A DNA stretch of 61,497 nucleotides, taken from a virus (Duplodnaviria; Caudoviricetes). A program made the translations under genes and the position numbers. Shown one piece after another: positions 18,802 through 27,814 of the stretch. The notes beneath the pieces are model-generated. The model was not told the DNA's origin. It did not search any database and saw only the letters and a program-made list of their open reading frames with translations. The stretch covers positions 1 through 61,497 of IMG/VR virus record IMGVR_UViG_3300008258_000001; one strand, written 5' to 3'. Positions within the stretch are counted from its first letter, which is position 1, and every line of letters begins with the position of its first letter.

Positions 18802-19800
18802 TCAGCCGGCGATGTAGCCGGTGGTGAACGCCTCAGCCTTGACAGCCTTACGACCATACACCATCAGGCCGCGCACAAAGTCGCCGAAGTCGTTCGGGTT
18901 GCGAACGGTCTCGACCTTGTTGATCTGCGACGCGAAGGTGAACGCGGTCTTGTGACCAGCAAGGATGGTGTGCCGCTTGACCTTACCGGCATCAGCACCG
19001 CCAGTGTAGTTCTGGTTGGCCGCTGCACGGGGCAGCAGGTTGCTCAGGTACACGTTGAAGCGGTCGATACGCCCGATACGGCCGTTGCGAAGCACCGACT
19101 CGCTGTCACCCATGAACTGAGCTTGCGCGAGGTTGGAGTTCATCAGAAGCTGACGCTCGTAGGGGGTGATGATGAGCCAACGATCGGTCTCGGGGATGTT
19201 CTGCTCGTCGAGGATGGTAGCCATCCCGGTGATGAACGACAGGATGTTGCCGCCGTTCAGGGTGACCGGAGAAGCGTCCGTACCCATGTTGTAACCAGCA
19301 GAGATGACACCGGCGGTGGCACCCACGTTGGCGGCAGCGGCCTGATTGAACACGGCCAGCCAGCAATCGGTGTCGACCGAGATCTTCAGTTGGTTGCCGG
19401 CGTCGGTGGAGAACATCTCCATCAGGTTCGGCTTGGCCTGATACTCAAGGACATCGTTCACTTGGAACGCGAAATACTTGCCCTTGTCGATCGTCAGTTC
19501 GATGGTGTCAGGAGTCGGCACCTGATACGTAAGCGCGGTACCAGCAACGTAATCCGAGACGTTCAGCGTCGGGATGTTGTTGATGATGACCTTATCGCCC
19601 ATGTTCTGAACGTCGCCTTGCCAGTTGGTGTTGGCGATGTCACCGAAGGTGGTGGCGGCATAGAACTTTGCATTCATCTTGGCCGACCAGATGGTCGGGA
19701 TGAACGTGCCCGAATAGGTCGGGCTGGTGGTGAAGTTGGCGTTCGGGAACGTCCCGCTAGAGGACGTCGAGAAGGTAGTTGCTGGGGTAATCGTTGCCAT
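18802..19800 (-). CDS. Major capsid protein (P22-coat/HK97-fold-like)
   Basis: FIPTIWSAKM, GDVQNMGDKVII, IDKGKYFAF, DFVRGLMVYGRK; follows the scaffold gene; strongly biased codons. Confidence 0.88.
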   Translation of the reverse strand: MATITPATTFSTSSSGTFPNANFTTSPTYSGTFIPTIWSAKMNAKFYAATTFGDIANTNWQGDVQNMGDKVIINNIPTLNVSDYVAGTALTYQVPTPDTIELTIDKGKYFAFQVNDVLEYQAKPNLMEMFSTDAGNQLKISVDTDCWLAVFNQAAAANVGATAGVISAGYNMGTDASPVTLNGGNILSFITGMATILDEQNIPETDRWLIITPYERQLLMNSNLAQAQFMGDSESVLRNGRIGRIDRFNVYLSNLLPRAAANQNYTGGADAGKVKRHTILAGHKTAFTFASQINKVETVRNPNDFGDFVRGLMVYGRKAVKAEAFTTGYIAG

Positions 19801-19827
19801 GATTGGCTCCTAAGTCGGAGCCGCGCA

Positions 19828-20817
19828 TTACGGGGTTACTCGCCCTTCAGCAAGCGCGGCATTGAGTTCATTCTCAAGCGCCGCCGAATCATCGTACTGC
19901 CGTGCTTTACCCATCCGTACAACCCGATCCATCTCTGCCGCAAACTCCGCTGCCGAGTAGACCCGCTTGCCTTGAGGCGTCGCAGTAGCAGCCGCCGATT
20001 TCGACGGTGCAACCTGACGCTGTAGTTCGGCCTTCTTTGACGGTTCTGGCGCGGGTTTCTTTCGCGGGTCCATCTGCGGGTGGGCAGAGAGGAATGTCTC
20101 GAACACTTCCAGTGCACGAGCCGCATCCACCTCCTCAGCGGCAGTCAACAGAGCATCATTCCACGTCGCCCGGGTTCCCGGGACACGGGTCTGAAGCCAC
20201 TGCTGGCATTCAGGAGTGGCTTGGATGGCTTCCCATGTGGACAGTTGCCCGTCCAGCGCCGCGTAGAACCGCTCCTGAGCGGTCTGTGCTTGGGTTTGAG
20301 CCACAGTTCCAAGTCGTTGGTCCTGAGCCGTGAGTCGTTGCGTCAGATCCTCGATCTTGCCCATCAGGAGCTTTTCGCGCTCGCCAAACTGTTCCTTGGC
20401 GATCCTCCGGGCCAGATCAATCAAATCGGTGCCAAATGCTTCAGCGTCTTTGTCAGTAACCAACTGCGACGTGGCCGGCTCGCTGGGTTTTGCCGAGGAA
20501 CTTCCGTCGAGACGCTCGATTGCGGCTTGCAGTTTTTCGACCAACTCAGCGTTCTGAGATTCGGCCTTCTGCAACCGGGCATTGGCGCTTTGCCACATGC
20601 CTTGCAGCGACTTGTATCGCTGCTCCAACTGAGCAAACTCATCTTCCTTCGGCGCAACCGCGTGCTCTGGCTGCGGTGCTTCGGATACCGACTGGGCTTC
20701 AGTCGTTTCAGGCTGTTCTGCAACTTCCGTAGCGTCCTCAGCCGGGGGCTGGAACATCTGCTTGTGGAGTTGGTCGGCAGCGTCTAGCTGCGCCTGAATT
20801 TGTGCTGGGAGACCCAT
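19828..20817 (-). CDS. Capsid scaffolding protein
   Basis: Acidic coiled coil (QRYKSLQGM), C-terminal AALAEGRV; between portal and capsid genes. Confidence 0.75.
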   Translation of the reverse strand: MGLPAQIQAQLDAADQLHKQMFQPPAEDATEVAEQPETTEAQSVSEAPQPEHAVAPKEDEFAQLEQRYKSLQGMWQSANARLQKAESQNAELVEKLQAAIERLDGSSSAKPSEPATSQLVTDKDAEAFGTDLIDLARRIAKEQFGEREKLLMGKIEDLTQRLTAQDQRLGTVAQTQAQTAQERFYAALDGQLSTWEAIQATPECQQWLQTRVPGTRATWNDALLTAAEEVDAARALEVFETFLSAHPQMDPRKKPAPEPSKKAELQRQVAPSKSAAATATPQGKRVYSAAEFAAEMDRVVRMGKARQYDDSAALENELNAALAEGRVTP

Positions 20818-20820
20818 AAT

Positions 20821-21078
20821 TTACCCTTGCCGGCTGCGTGCTCGGCTCTCAAGTTTAACCACGAGGTCGGGAGCTTCCTCCAACGCCTCAATCAAATTCT
20901 GGAGTGCATCTGCGCGTCCCTGAAACCGGCGGATCGTGGATTCAGCATCAGCCGATACCAAGCGATCCTTCACGTCCATCAGCGCTCGCGCCGCGTACTC
21001 CATAAAAACCTTGCCGTCGTCCGACCGAGCGAGTCTAGCTAGGGCCAGAACTTCTTTGTCGGTCGGTTTTGTCAGCAT
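20821..21078 (-). CDS. Conserved head-module hypothetical protein (85 aa)
   Basis: RRFQGRADAL motif; between portal and scaffold genes. Confidence 0.7.
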   Translation of the reverse strand: MLTKPTDKEVLALARLARSDDGKVFMEYAARALMDVKDRLVSADAESTIRRFQGRADALQNLIEALEEAPDLVVKLESRARSRQG

Positions 21079-21084
21079 GTACTT

Positions 21085-21115
21085 ATTGTACAGGCTAACG
21101 GGTCGGGTTTGTCAA
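21085..21115 (-). promoter_or_regulatory. Putative sigma70-like promoter for the scaffold/capsid unit (leaderless)
   Basis: TTGACA (21115-21110)-N19-TACAAT (21090-21085), 6 nt before ATG 21078; spacer longer than ideal. Confidence 0.45.
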
Positions 21116-21327
21116 CGCCCTTTTGCAAGGCATTTGCCAGCGGCTTTGCACTTCGCCGGCGACTTGCAGCCTGCACACGTTTTGACAGCGCCGCCGTTCA
21201 TGTACCGGCCGCCTTTTTCTGCCATTTCACCGCGTTTGTAGGCCGCCGGGGGCATGCGCTTCTCCGCACGCTCCTCGGCCTTGCTTTCCTTGTTCTTAAA
21301 GGGGTTTGGCTTGGACATTTTGTTCAC
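21112..21327 (-). CDS. Small basic Cys-containing virion-module protein (71 aa)
   Basis: GTG 21327 with AAGGAG RBS; KTCAGCKSPAKCKAAGKC. Confidence 0.65.
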   Translation of the reverse strand: MNKMSKPNPFKNKESKAEERAEKRMPPAAYKRGEMAEKGGRYMNGGAVKTCAGCKSPAKCKAAGKCLAKGR

Positions 21328-21337
21328 GAAACGCTCC

Positions 21338-23473
21338 TTACTGGGGCTGGGGGGTGAAATTATCGGTTGTCGGAGCGCCATTTGCGAGCGATTGACCCGA
21401 TCCCGACGGTCCTGTGGCTGGTGTAGGGGTGTTTGGGCCCCCCTGTTGCCCGTTTTGGGCCTGAACAGCCGCCAGATTCTGCTGGAGCATGGTCATGAGC
21501 TTAACTTTGTCCAGATTCGGGACAATTTTGTCCACATTGGGCATATCTAGGGTCTTAGCAGCCTCCCGGAGCAGGGTTGCGATGCCTTCCATACCCACAA
21601 TTTGGCTCAAAACCGGGTTACTAGACACGATTTGGAGGAACTCATTGCGCCGAACCTGCGCCGATTCCTTCAGCATGATGCTGGTAGCCCCGCGAGCAAC
21701 CACGCGGACATCGCCCTTGAGTTCCTCATCGTCCGAGAACTGCATATTGTGGTCGTACAGACGCTCAATGATGGGCTTGATGATGTCCATATCGACGTTT
21801 GCGACCACCTGTTTGATGGTCTTGGACGCGTTCCCAAGCAACATGGACAGGCCAGAAGCTGTTCTGCCAGCGCCGCCCGAGGGTGACTCGCCCGTCATGT
21901 AGCGGGGAATACCTGAATCCTCATCCGCGCGCACGGAGAAGTGCTGGAAAATGGTCATCAACTCCTGCGCGTTGCTCTGCGGCTGGAAGAATTTGACCGG
22001 ATCAGCACCGCCACCCATGGGATCGGAGGTAACCTGCCAGATCTTCCACGGGTACATCTCAGTCACGTCCTCGCCCGAGGGCAGTCGATCGACGTTGACG
22101 TACGCCTGCGGGCCCGAAGAAATGCCCATGTTGTTGGCGAGCGCCCGGGCTGCGGCATTGCACATGCGCTGCGAGTCGGCGCAGAGGTCGACTACGCTGT
22201 TGCCCCAGAACACGCCGGGAACTCGCTCGTACGAAGAACCGTACATCGGCTTACGACCCAAGGGATCGTAGTTCAGCGTGGCCTTGATCACCCAGTGGCC
22301 GATCAACCAGATCTCTGCGTGGTACTCCTTGGCAACGTCGGGGATCTGAGCCTCGTCCATCCCCCAGTCGCGCAGCATCTGACCGCTCACCGGGCCGTAC
22401 ATCTGCAAGGCGTCGATGGTGGCTTCCGCGTTCATCATCGCGTAGACGGTATTGCGCCCCTCGACCTGCGCCCGAGACGTATCCACCATCAGCCACTCAC
22501 GCAGACCGCCACGGCCGTACTCATCGAGCACAGCACGGATCGCTTTGTCGTCGTAACCCTCAACGCCGATCAGTTCGGTCAACTGGCTGCGCGCAAGACG
22601 GTGCCTGCGAATCAGCGGCAACGGGTCGTTGACGTTAGTCATGGCGGGGTGGGGGTAGACGTCGAACGGACTAACCCGCTCCCACTCCTCAACTAGTGCC
22701 TCGTCAAACACCGGCCCCCAGCGCCCGGTCGCGGGGTCAGTCTCCCACCGCAACTGAGGTTTGCGACGAATGACGGGCCCGGCAAGGAACGCCGTGGGGA
22801 ACGTGGTGACGTCATCCACGAACTCATTGAGCGCCTGAAGGAACCCGCCCTCTACAAGCTGGTCCTCCATTTTCTGCTCCATGCGCTCGGCCTTTTTCAC
22901 GGCCTCCTCACGCAACTGCACGACAAACTCGTCGCGCATCTGGGTCATGATCTGGCGCAGTGTTCCTTCATCGGGCATGTTGCCGGTGGTCATCAGGTAC
23001 TGAGCCAGCATCTGCGTGGCTTTCCCTTTGACCTCCTCGATGAGCGTCGGCGACATGGTGGGCATCGGCGTGGGCATGATCGTCCACGGCTTTTCTTCCC
23101 GCACCGCAACAACGACGTCTCGCAGCCACGAAGCTGCTGCCCGACACTTGGTCGAGCCGATCATCATATAGATCTCGCTGCCGCCCTGTTTACGGATACG
23201 CTCCAACTCGTCAGGGTCGTACTCTCCCCGGCGGACGCGCATGTTAGCCAGCATCCGTGGCTCGACAGTCTGTTCTTTCGCCGTGCGGCAGATCTGCCAG
23301 ACGGAACGGACATGGCCTGCCAGTCCTTGAATCGGGGCGCTCTGCTGGCCCATGTCGGCTTGCCGTCGCTCCTCCGCCGCCAACTGGGCGGCACTAGCTA
23401 CGGGCAGGAATCCGCCGATAGACATATTTGGCGAACTGCCGCCGGTCTGCTCAGGGGACGGGAGACCAAGCAT
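21338..23473 (-). CDS. Portal protein
   Basis: 711 aa directly after terL; RVSPFDVYP, CNAAARALANNMGISSGPQ, RTASGLSML motifs. Confidence 0.88.
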   Translation of the reverse strand: MLGLPSPEQTGGSSPNMSIGGFLPVASAAQLAAEERRQADMGQQSAPIQGLAGHVRSVWQICRTAKEQTVEPRMLANMRVRRGEYDPDELERIRKQGGSEIYMMIGSTKCRAAASWLRDVVVAVREEKPWTIMPTPMPTMSPTLIEEVKGKATQMLAQYLMTTGNMPDEGTLRQIMTQMRDEFVVQLREEAVKKAERMEQKMEDQLVEGGFLQALNEFVDDVTTFPTAFLAGPVIRRKPQLRWETDPATGRWGPVFDEALVEEWERVSPFDVYPHPAMTNVNDPLPLIRRHRLARSQLTELIGVEGYDDKAIRAVLDEYGRGGLREWLMVDTSRAQVEGRNTVYAMMNAEATIDALQMYGPVSGQMLRDWGMDEAQIPDVAKEYHAEIWLIGHWVIKATLNYDPLGRKPMYGSSYERVPGVFWGNSVVDLCADSQRMCNAAARALANNMGISSGPQAYVNVDRLPSGEDVTEMYPWKIWQVTSDPMGGGADPVKFFQPQSNAQELMTIFQHFSVRADEDSGIPRYMTGESPSGGAGRTASGLSMLLGNASKTIKQVVANVDMDIIKPIIERLYDHNMQFSDDEELKGDVRVVARGATSIMLKESAQVRRNEFLQIVSSNPVLSQIVGMEGIATLLREAAKTLDMPNVDKIVPNLDKVKLMTMLQQNLAAVQAQNGQQGGPNTPTPATGPSGSGQSLANGAPTTDNFTPQPQ

Positions 23474-23496
23474 AATATACCTTACGTACTAGAACG

Positions 23497-24897
23497 TCAT
23501 GAGTAATGGTAACTCACTTTTTTGACGTCGCGTCGAGTTTGTTGAGTTGCCCAGCCCAGTGTGCTGCCGTTGTCGGCGTGCAGGCAGAGATATTGGCAGG
23601 CATCTGCCACGTCACTCCACGGGTGGTTTTTCTCAGGACTCTCGTCGACGTCACCTTTAGTGCTGACTTTGTACCGGTACCGCCCGCGAAGGGCTGAGAT
23701 CAGCGACTGGCAAGACTCTTTGTTCACCAAGAACGCCGGTTTCCCGTCGACCGTACGGGTCAGGAACTGGTCAACCGCAGCGATGCGAGCCGGAATTGCG
23801 TTAGTCCGCGCGGCCTTGATAGCGAACCCTTCGGCTTTGAACATATCCATCACAGTGCGCTCGTCCGTCTGGGCCCGCTGCTGCGCCGCCGGGTCGATCA
23901 CGACGGTTACTTTATACCCAGCGTACTTGTTTGCCAATAGCGGTTTGAGTTTCTCCCGAATGAACCGGAGTGCGCCCATACTCTCGCTGATCAGAGCGTC
24001 GTGGACGATAACTCGTCCTTGGTAGTCGACCTGTCCGATCACGGCCGCCGGGCTCAAGCCAGCGTCCACTCCGATGATCACTCCCGCGCCAGACAGAAGC
24101 TGTAGTGGGGTCTTGGAGACGTGCGTGTCGGCTGTGAACGCTTTGAACACGGGCTTGCCCGCTAGTGACGCTCCGAACTGACCATCCACGTAGACGCTGA
24201 TCCAGTCCTCGTCTTTACCTTCGCACAGGTTCTCGTAGTACCCATCGGGGAGGTGCTGCACCCAGTCAGCCTCCGGGCTTCTGCCACTGGGCTGGAACGT
24301 GACGTGCATGTTGTTCGGCGGCTCGGTCAGCAGGTTCTCCCAGAACGTATCCGCGTCAGGTGGGTTAGTCGCCCCCCAGACTTTGTGGATCTGCTTACCA
24401 GAGTCGTCGCACGCCCCCACGCCGTTCATCGTCTTGTCGGGGTATCGTCCCAGACGGCCGGTCAGTGCGTTGTAGATATCCGGGTGGATCTCTCGGAACT
24501 CGTCGAGCATGCCGAATGTCAACTGAAGCGACAACAGCCGACGCACGTCGTTGGCGTCATCCAGCCCCCGGAACAGCACTTCGCACTGCACGTCGCCAAA
24601 TTTGAGCAGGAACTTGGAGTTGGTTTTCTCCAAGATGCCCGCCTGCCCGTCCGGGTACCACTTCAAAAAGTCAGGGATCGTCGTGTCCCACAGCATCTGG
24701 CGGGTGTTTCGCACCACCGCGATCCGGCTTCTACGGATACCGTCACGCCCTGCTTTGACTCGCTGCGCCTCGTAGGCGATCTTCATCAGGCTGGCTGTGG
24801 TCTTGGTCGACCCAACGGGTCCCACGATGAAGTTTGAGAACTTGTCGGCTTGGATGAACGGTTCGGTGCTTGGTACGGGGATGTACAGCAGACTCAT
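23497..24897 (-). CDS. terL: Terminase large subunit
   Basis: Walker A GPVGSTKT, Walker B GMLDEFRE, nuclease motifs IGVDAGLSPA and HPWSDVADACQY. Confidence 0.93.
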   Translation of the reverse strand: MSLLYIPVPSTEPFIQADKFSNFIVGPVGSTKTTASLMKIAYEAQRVKAGRDGIRRSRIAVVRNTRQMLWDTTIPDFLKWYPDGQAGILEKTNSKFLLKFGDVQCEVLFRGLDDANDVRRLLSLQLTFGMLDEFREIHPDIYNALTGRLGRYPDKTMNGVGACDDSGKQIHKVWGATNPPDADTFWENLLTEPPNNMHVTFQPSGRSPEADWVQHLPDGYYENLCEGKDEDWISVYVDGQFGASLAGKPVFKAFTADTHVSKTPLQLLSGAGVIIGVDAGLSPAAVIGQVDYQGRVIVHDALISESMGALRFIREKLKPLLANKYAGYKVTVVIDPAAQQRAQTDERTVMDMFKAEGFAIKAARTNAIPARIAAVDQFLTRTVDGKPAFLVNKESCQSLISALRGRYRYKVSTKGDVDESPEKNHPWSDVADACQYLCLHADNGSTLGWATQQTRRDVKKVSYHYS

Positions 24898-25409
24898 GGT
24901 TCGTCGTACGCCAAGTCAGAAAGATTCATCGTCGTTTCTTTCTGTAGAAAGGCAGGCGGAGCCGGCAGCACTTCTTGGGCTTCCACGTCAATGACGGACG
25001 ACGGCGCGTACCCGGGAGCCGCGTTGCTGAACTGGATCGTGATGGAGAACTTCTCTTGGACGGCGGTGTTCACGTCCAGCTTGTCAAGCCCACCAACAGT
25101 CCGAAGGAACTTGGCCGCCTCCAGCACACCACTAAGTGTGGCGTTCTCGCTCTTGGCCCGACGGTAGATATCCGGCAGCAAGTCCTCGACCATCAACCGC
25201 GCCTTAGCCACCACAGCGTAGTTGACGTCTTTCAGTTCCTTGCGCTTTTGGAGGATCGCCTGCTTGACGTGCGGCATCTCCAGCATCTCGGCCAAGAACT
25301 GTGGGTCGAGTCCGTAGTTTGCGGCCACCACATGGGGTGGGTCGACCTGCGCTGCCAAGTCGAATACGAGCTTGGGATCGAGGCTGAGTAGTTGGGATGC
25401 TTGTGTCAT
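24894..25409 (-). CDS. terS: Putative terminase small subunit
   Basis: 171 aa helical protein overlapping the terL start; C-terminal FSITIQF. Confidence 0.65.
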   Translation of the reverse strand: MTQASQLLSLDPKLVFDLAAQVDPPHVVAANYGLDPQFLAEMLEMPHVKQAILQKRKELKDVNYAVVAKARLMVEDLLPDIYRRAKSENATLSGVLEAAKFLRTVGGLDKLDVNTAVQEKFSITIQFSNAAPGYAPSSVIDVEAQEVLPAPPAFLQKETTMNLSDLAYDEP

Positions 25410-25415
25410 GGTTCG

Positions 25416-25444
25416 ATGGTAACGAGGGGCGGGGCGATTAGCAA
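25416..25444 (-). promoter_or_regulatory. Late-arm sigma70-like promoter, leaderless
   Basis: TTGCTA-N17-TACCAT, 6 nt upstream of the terS ATG, no Shine-Dalgarno. Confidence 0.55.
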
Positions 25445-25504
25445 GTGTTAACTAGGTTTACATGTAGGTTTTGGAGACCTTGTTATGTACGGCATACCTA
25501 AGCC

Positions 25505-25559
25505 GGGGGTGGGGCGGGGGTGGGCCTTGGACCCATGGCAGGGGGGTGGGTCGGGTTGG
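25505..25559 (+). other. G-tract region with G-quadruplex potential
   Basis: GGGGG-T-GGGG-C-GGGGG-T-GGG (25505-25524) and GGGGGG-T-GGG-TC-GGG-TT-GG (25541-25559). Confidence 0.6.
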
Positions 25560-25581
25560 TCGTGGCAGCATGGGCTAGGTC

Positions 25582-25611
25582 GCACAACCTGACGCGCGTG
25601 TCGGAATGTAC
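25582..25611. promoter_or_regulatory. 30-bp palindromic site, copy 1
   Basis: GCACAACCTGAC-GCGCGT-GTCGGAATGTAC, ending 2 bp before the -35 of the first early promoter. Confidence 0.8.
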
Positions 25612-25613
25612 GC

Positions 25614-25642
25614 TTGCATTGTCGCCTTGATTGTGGTCTAAT
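25614..25642 (+). promoter_or_regulatory. Early sigma70-like promoter P1
   Basis: TTGCAT-N17-TCTAAT with TGn extension. Confidence 0.6.
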
Positions 25643-25691
25643 ATGCATGTGGTCGTTTTGGCCACGCATTCAATCATTCAAAGGCAAAAAG

Positions 25692-26381
25692 ATGGAAACC
25701 AAAGCAATCGAAAGCACGCCCGTTCGCGCGTTTGGCATCGAATTGAAAACCGCTAGCGATGCCGGCTCAGTGTATGCATTGGCCGATGGTGCGACCGATA
25801 CGGTCTTGAAATTCTATGACGGGCTCATGGGAGCAAAACCGACGTTTACCGTATGGGAGGCTGCGCGCCTTTCATGGCGCGCTGGTTTTGCCTCGCAGCG
25901 TGAAGGCGTGAAAGCCAATACGATAGATAAGGCTTGGTCACGGTTCGCAACCGGTCTCACTGCCGAAAAGCCGAAAGCCGATAACGCGAACGCGGCACGC
26001 GTTTCGTCTGCGCGGGTCGACCCTTTCAAGGGAAAGCCGGTAGAGGAAATAAAAGCCGCGCGCGAAGCGGCCGGAGCAAAAATCGCGGCCGGCGACGTCA
26101 GCAAGGAAACCGCGAAAGAGTACAGGCAAGCCGTCGATGCCGAAATCAATGCGCGCAAAGAAGAAGAAAAGGCGGCCGAAAAGAAGAAAACCGAAGCACT
26201 AAAGCCGCGCAGGGACGCTATCCGCGAACTAGCATCGAAAGCCGATGACGATACCCTGTCGCTGATCGAGGCGGCCGTTGAAATTCGATCGGCCGATGCG
26301 GCCACCCGTGCTCGCGCATGGGCTCGCCTCACTGAGGCGGCCGGCGAGATTGCCAAGCCGACGAAAGGCAAGACCAAGTAA
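25692..26381 (+). CDS. First early gene, Ala/Lys/Glu-rich helical hypothetical protein (229 aa)
   Basis: ATG 25692 (METKAIES...) after AAGG; has its own promoter and terminator. Confidence 0.75.
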   Translation: METKAIESTPVRAFGIELKTASDAGSVYALADGATDTVLKFYDGLMGAKPTFTVWEAARLSWRAGFASQREGVKANTIDKAWSRFATGLTAEKPKADNANAARVSSARVDPFKGKPVEEIKAAREAAGAKIAAGDVSKETAKEYRQAVDAEINARKEEEKAAEKKKTEALKPRRDAIRELASKADDDTLSLIEAAVEIRSADAATRARAWARLTEAAGEIAKPTKGKTK

Positions 26382-26399
26382 ACTGACATTGCAACACCG

Positions 26400-26424
26400 G
26401 CCCCGCTTCGGCGGGGCTTTTTTT
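26400..26424 (+). terminator. Rho-independent terminator
   Basis: GCCCCGC-TTCG-GCGGGGC-TTTTTTT. Confidence 0.92.
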
Positions 26425-26429
26425 CGCCC

Positions 26430-26459
26430 GTACATTCTGACCGATCGGTCAGGCTGTGC
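26430..26459. promoter_or_regulatory. 30-bp palindromic site, copy 2
   Basis: GTACATTCTGAC-CGATCG-GTCAGGCTGTGC. Confidence 0.8.
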
Positions 26460-26990
26460 AAACCTAGTTTGCTCATGTAAACCCTGTAAACTTTACACTG
26501 TAACCCTGCTTTGCAGGGATTGATGATAGGTCGGCCACACGCCACAGGCACCCGGCAACGGGCGTTTACGCCACAAATAAAGCTATGAACTGGTGTACGC
26601 CAACGGTTAACCAACTTGCATTATTCATAATTTACAAGATTATTTTCTAATGTACCGGGTAATGGAAAAGACAGACTTGTAAACCCGAGAGCGCGTTGGA
26701 CGCGCAATCCATCTCGTGGTTTTTTGTGTAGCCTGTAAATAGTTGCGTATGGCTTTGTCATCGTAAACTTACATTTCCCCACTTTTCAGCGTTACTCCCC
26801 CCCTCTTTTTTCCGTGTTGTAATAATAGAATGTAAAATTAAACCGAGTTAACACCCACTCTTTTCCCTTTACAACCGCCCCGCTGGCGGCCCCGACCTAG
26901 ACGACTCTCACAGACCCACAAATAAAGTTCGCTCGTCGCACAGACACTACAAATACGGTACGAACAGCGCCACAAACACAAGCAAACACA
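26460..26990. other. AT-rich non-coding region with repeated TGTAAA/TTTACA hexamers (candidate origin or packaging control region)
   Basis: Exact hexamers at 26476, 26485, 26492, 26631, 26678, 26734, 26831, 26868; no credible ORF. Confidence 0.5.
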
Positions 26991-26991
26991 C

Positions 26992-27020
26992 TTGACACGA
27001 CACTTGACATCTGCGATAAT
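26992..27020 (+). promoter_or_regulatory. Strong sigma70 promoter P2
   Basis: TTGACA-N17-GATAAT with TGn; preceded by AAACACAC, as is P3. Confidence 0.8.
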
Positions 27021-27063
27021 ATGTTGTGGTCGTTCGTCTGTTGAACGGCCCGCAGCAAGACCC

Positions 27064-27093
27064 GCACAACCTGACAACACCGTCAGAATGTTC
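27064..27093. promoter_or_regulatory. 30-bp palindromic site, copy 3
   Basis: GCACAACCTGAC-AACACC-GTCAGAATGTTC, in the 5' leader downstream of P2. Confidence 0.8.
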
Positions 27094-27121
27094 TGTTAAC
27101 TCACTTACTGGAGAACATGCA

Positions 27122-27337
27122 ATGCCGCTTTGCAGTCCCTGTCAACTTCGTGGCGACGAGACGCCCGTCGACCCCGCCCGATGGGAACTCGGTTATCACA
27201 CATGCCTGCCATGTGGCGACTCGCAGGCCAAGCAACGGGCCAAGACCCGCTGTGTTGTGCCACTTAACAAATCCAACTACATCCACGTGACTGACTACAC
27301 CCTGCTGGCCCAACTCAACCCCAAGAGGACAACCTGA
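27122..27337 (+). CDS. C4 zinc-finger early protein (TraR/DksA-like finger), 71 aa
   Basis: CSPC...PARWELGYHTCLPC; GGAG RBS. Confidence 0.65.
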   Translation: MPLCSPCQLRGDETPVDPARWELGYHTCLPCGDSQAKQRAKTRCVVPLNKSNYIHVTDYTLLAQLNPKRTT

Positions 27338-27338
27338 C

Positions 27339-27563
27339 ATGAACACATACCGAGTAGACCGAGCGATGTCCCTTGTTACCCCGTGCGGCATGAACTCGAT
27401 TTTGTACATTGGCGACAGCGCATACGAGGCCGCCAAAGTCTACAACTACGCCGATCCGGGCAAGGACGCGTGGAACCAACCGAACGCCGCGTATGGCGTC
27501 ATCTTGTCGGTGTGGAACCCCGACGCCAACGATTACCGCATTAAGCGCAGCAAGGGACTGTGA
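27339..27563 (+). CDS. Hypothetical protein (74 aa)
   Basis: GAGGA RBS; operon spacing. Confidence 0.7.
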   Translation: MNTYRVDRAMSLVTPCGMNSILYIGDSAYEAAKVYNYADPGKDAWNQPNAAYGVILSVWNPDANDYRIKRSKGL

Positions 27564-27814
27564 CCATGAGCCAACGACGCAAGGAAGTCGTCGCTTTAGC
27601 GTGGAATGGACTCGTCCACAACCTGCGGCGCATGGAGCGCACGACGCTCGAACTGATGCGCCATCCTGAAGCAACGGACAAAGACGTCATGGCTGCGGCC
27701 AACAGTTACCGCGACGCGTACCGACGTATGCGAGAGACCGAGCACAAGGTGCAGACCTTCACGGGTTCGCACTTCCTGCTTGCCAAACTGACCCCGAACA
27801 AGGACTCGAAGTGA
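27560..27814 (+). CDS. Hypothetical protein (~83 aa)
   Basis: GTGA coupling; helical. Confidence 0.65.
   Translation: MTMSQRRKEVVALAWNGLVHNLRRMERTTLELMRHPEATDKDVMAAANSYRDAYRRMRETEHKVQTFTGSHFLLAKLTPNKDSK

Noticed and set aside
18952-20025. 357-aa plus-strand ORF and other long antisense ORFs (e.g. 20080..20787, 21941..22696, 44768..45715, 51438..52355)
   Set aside because: Antisense shadows of high-GC genes with biased codons; no RBS or recognisable motifs.
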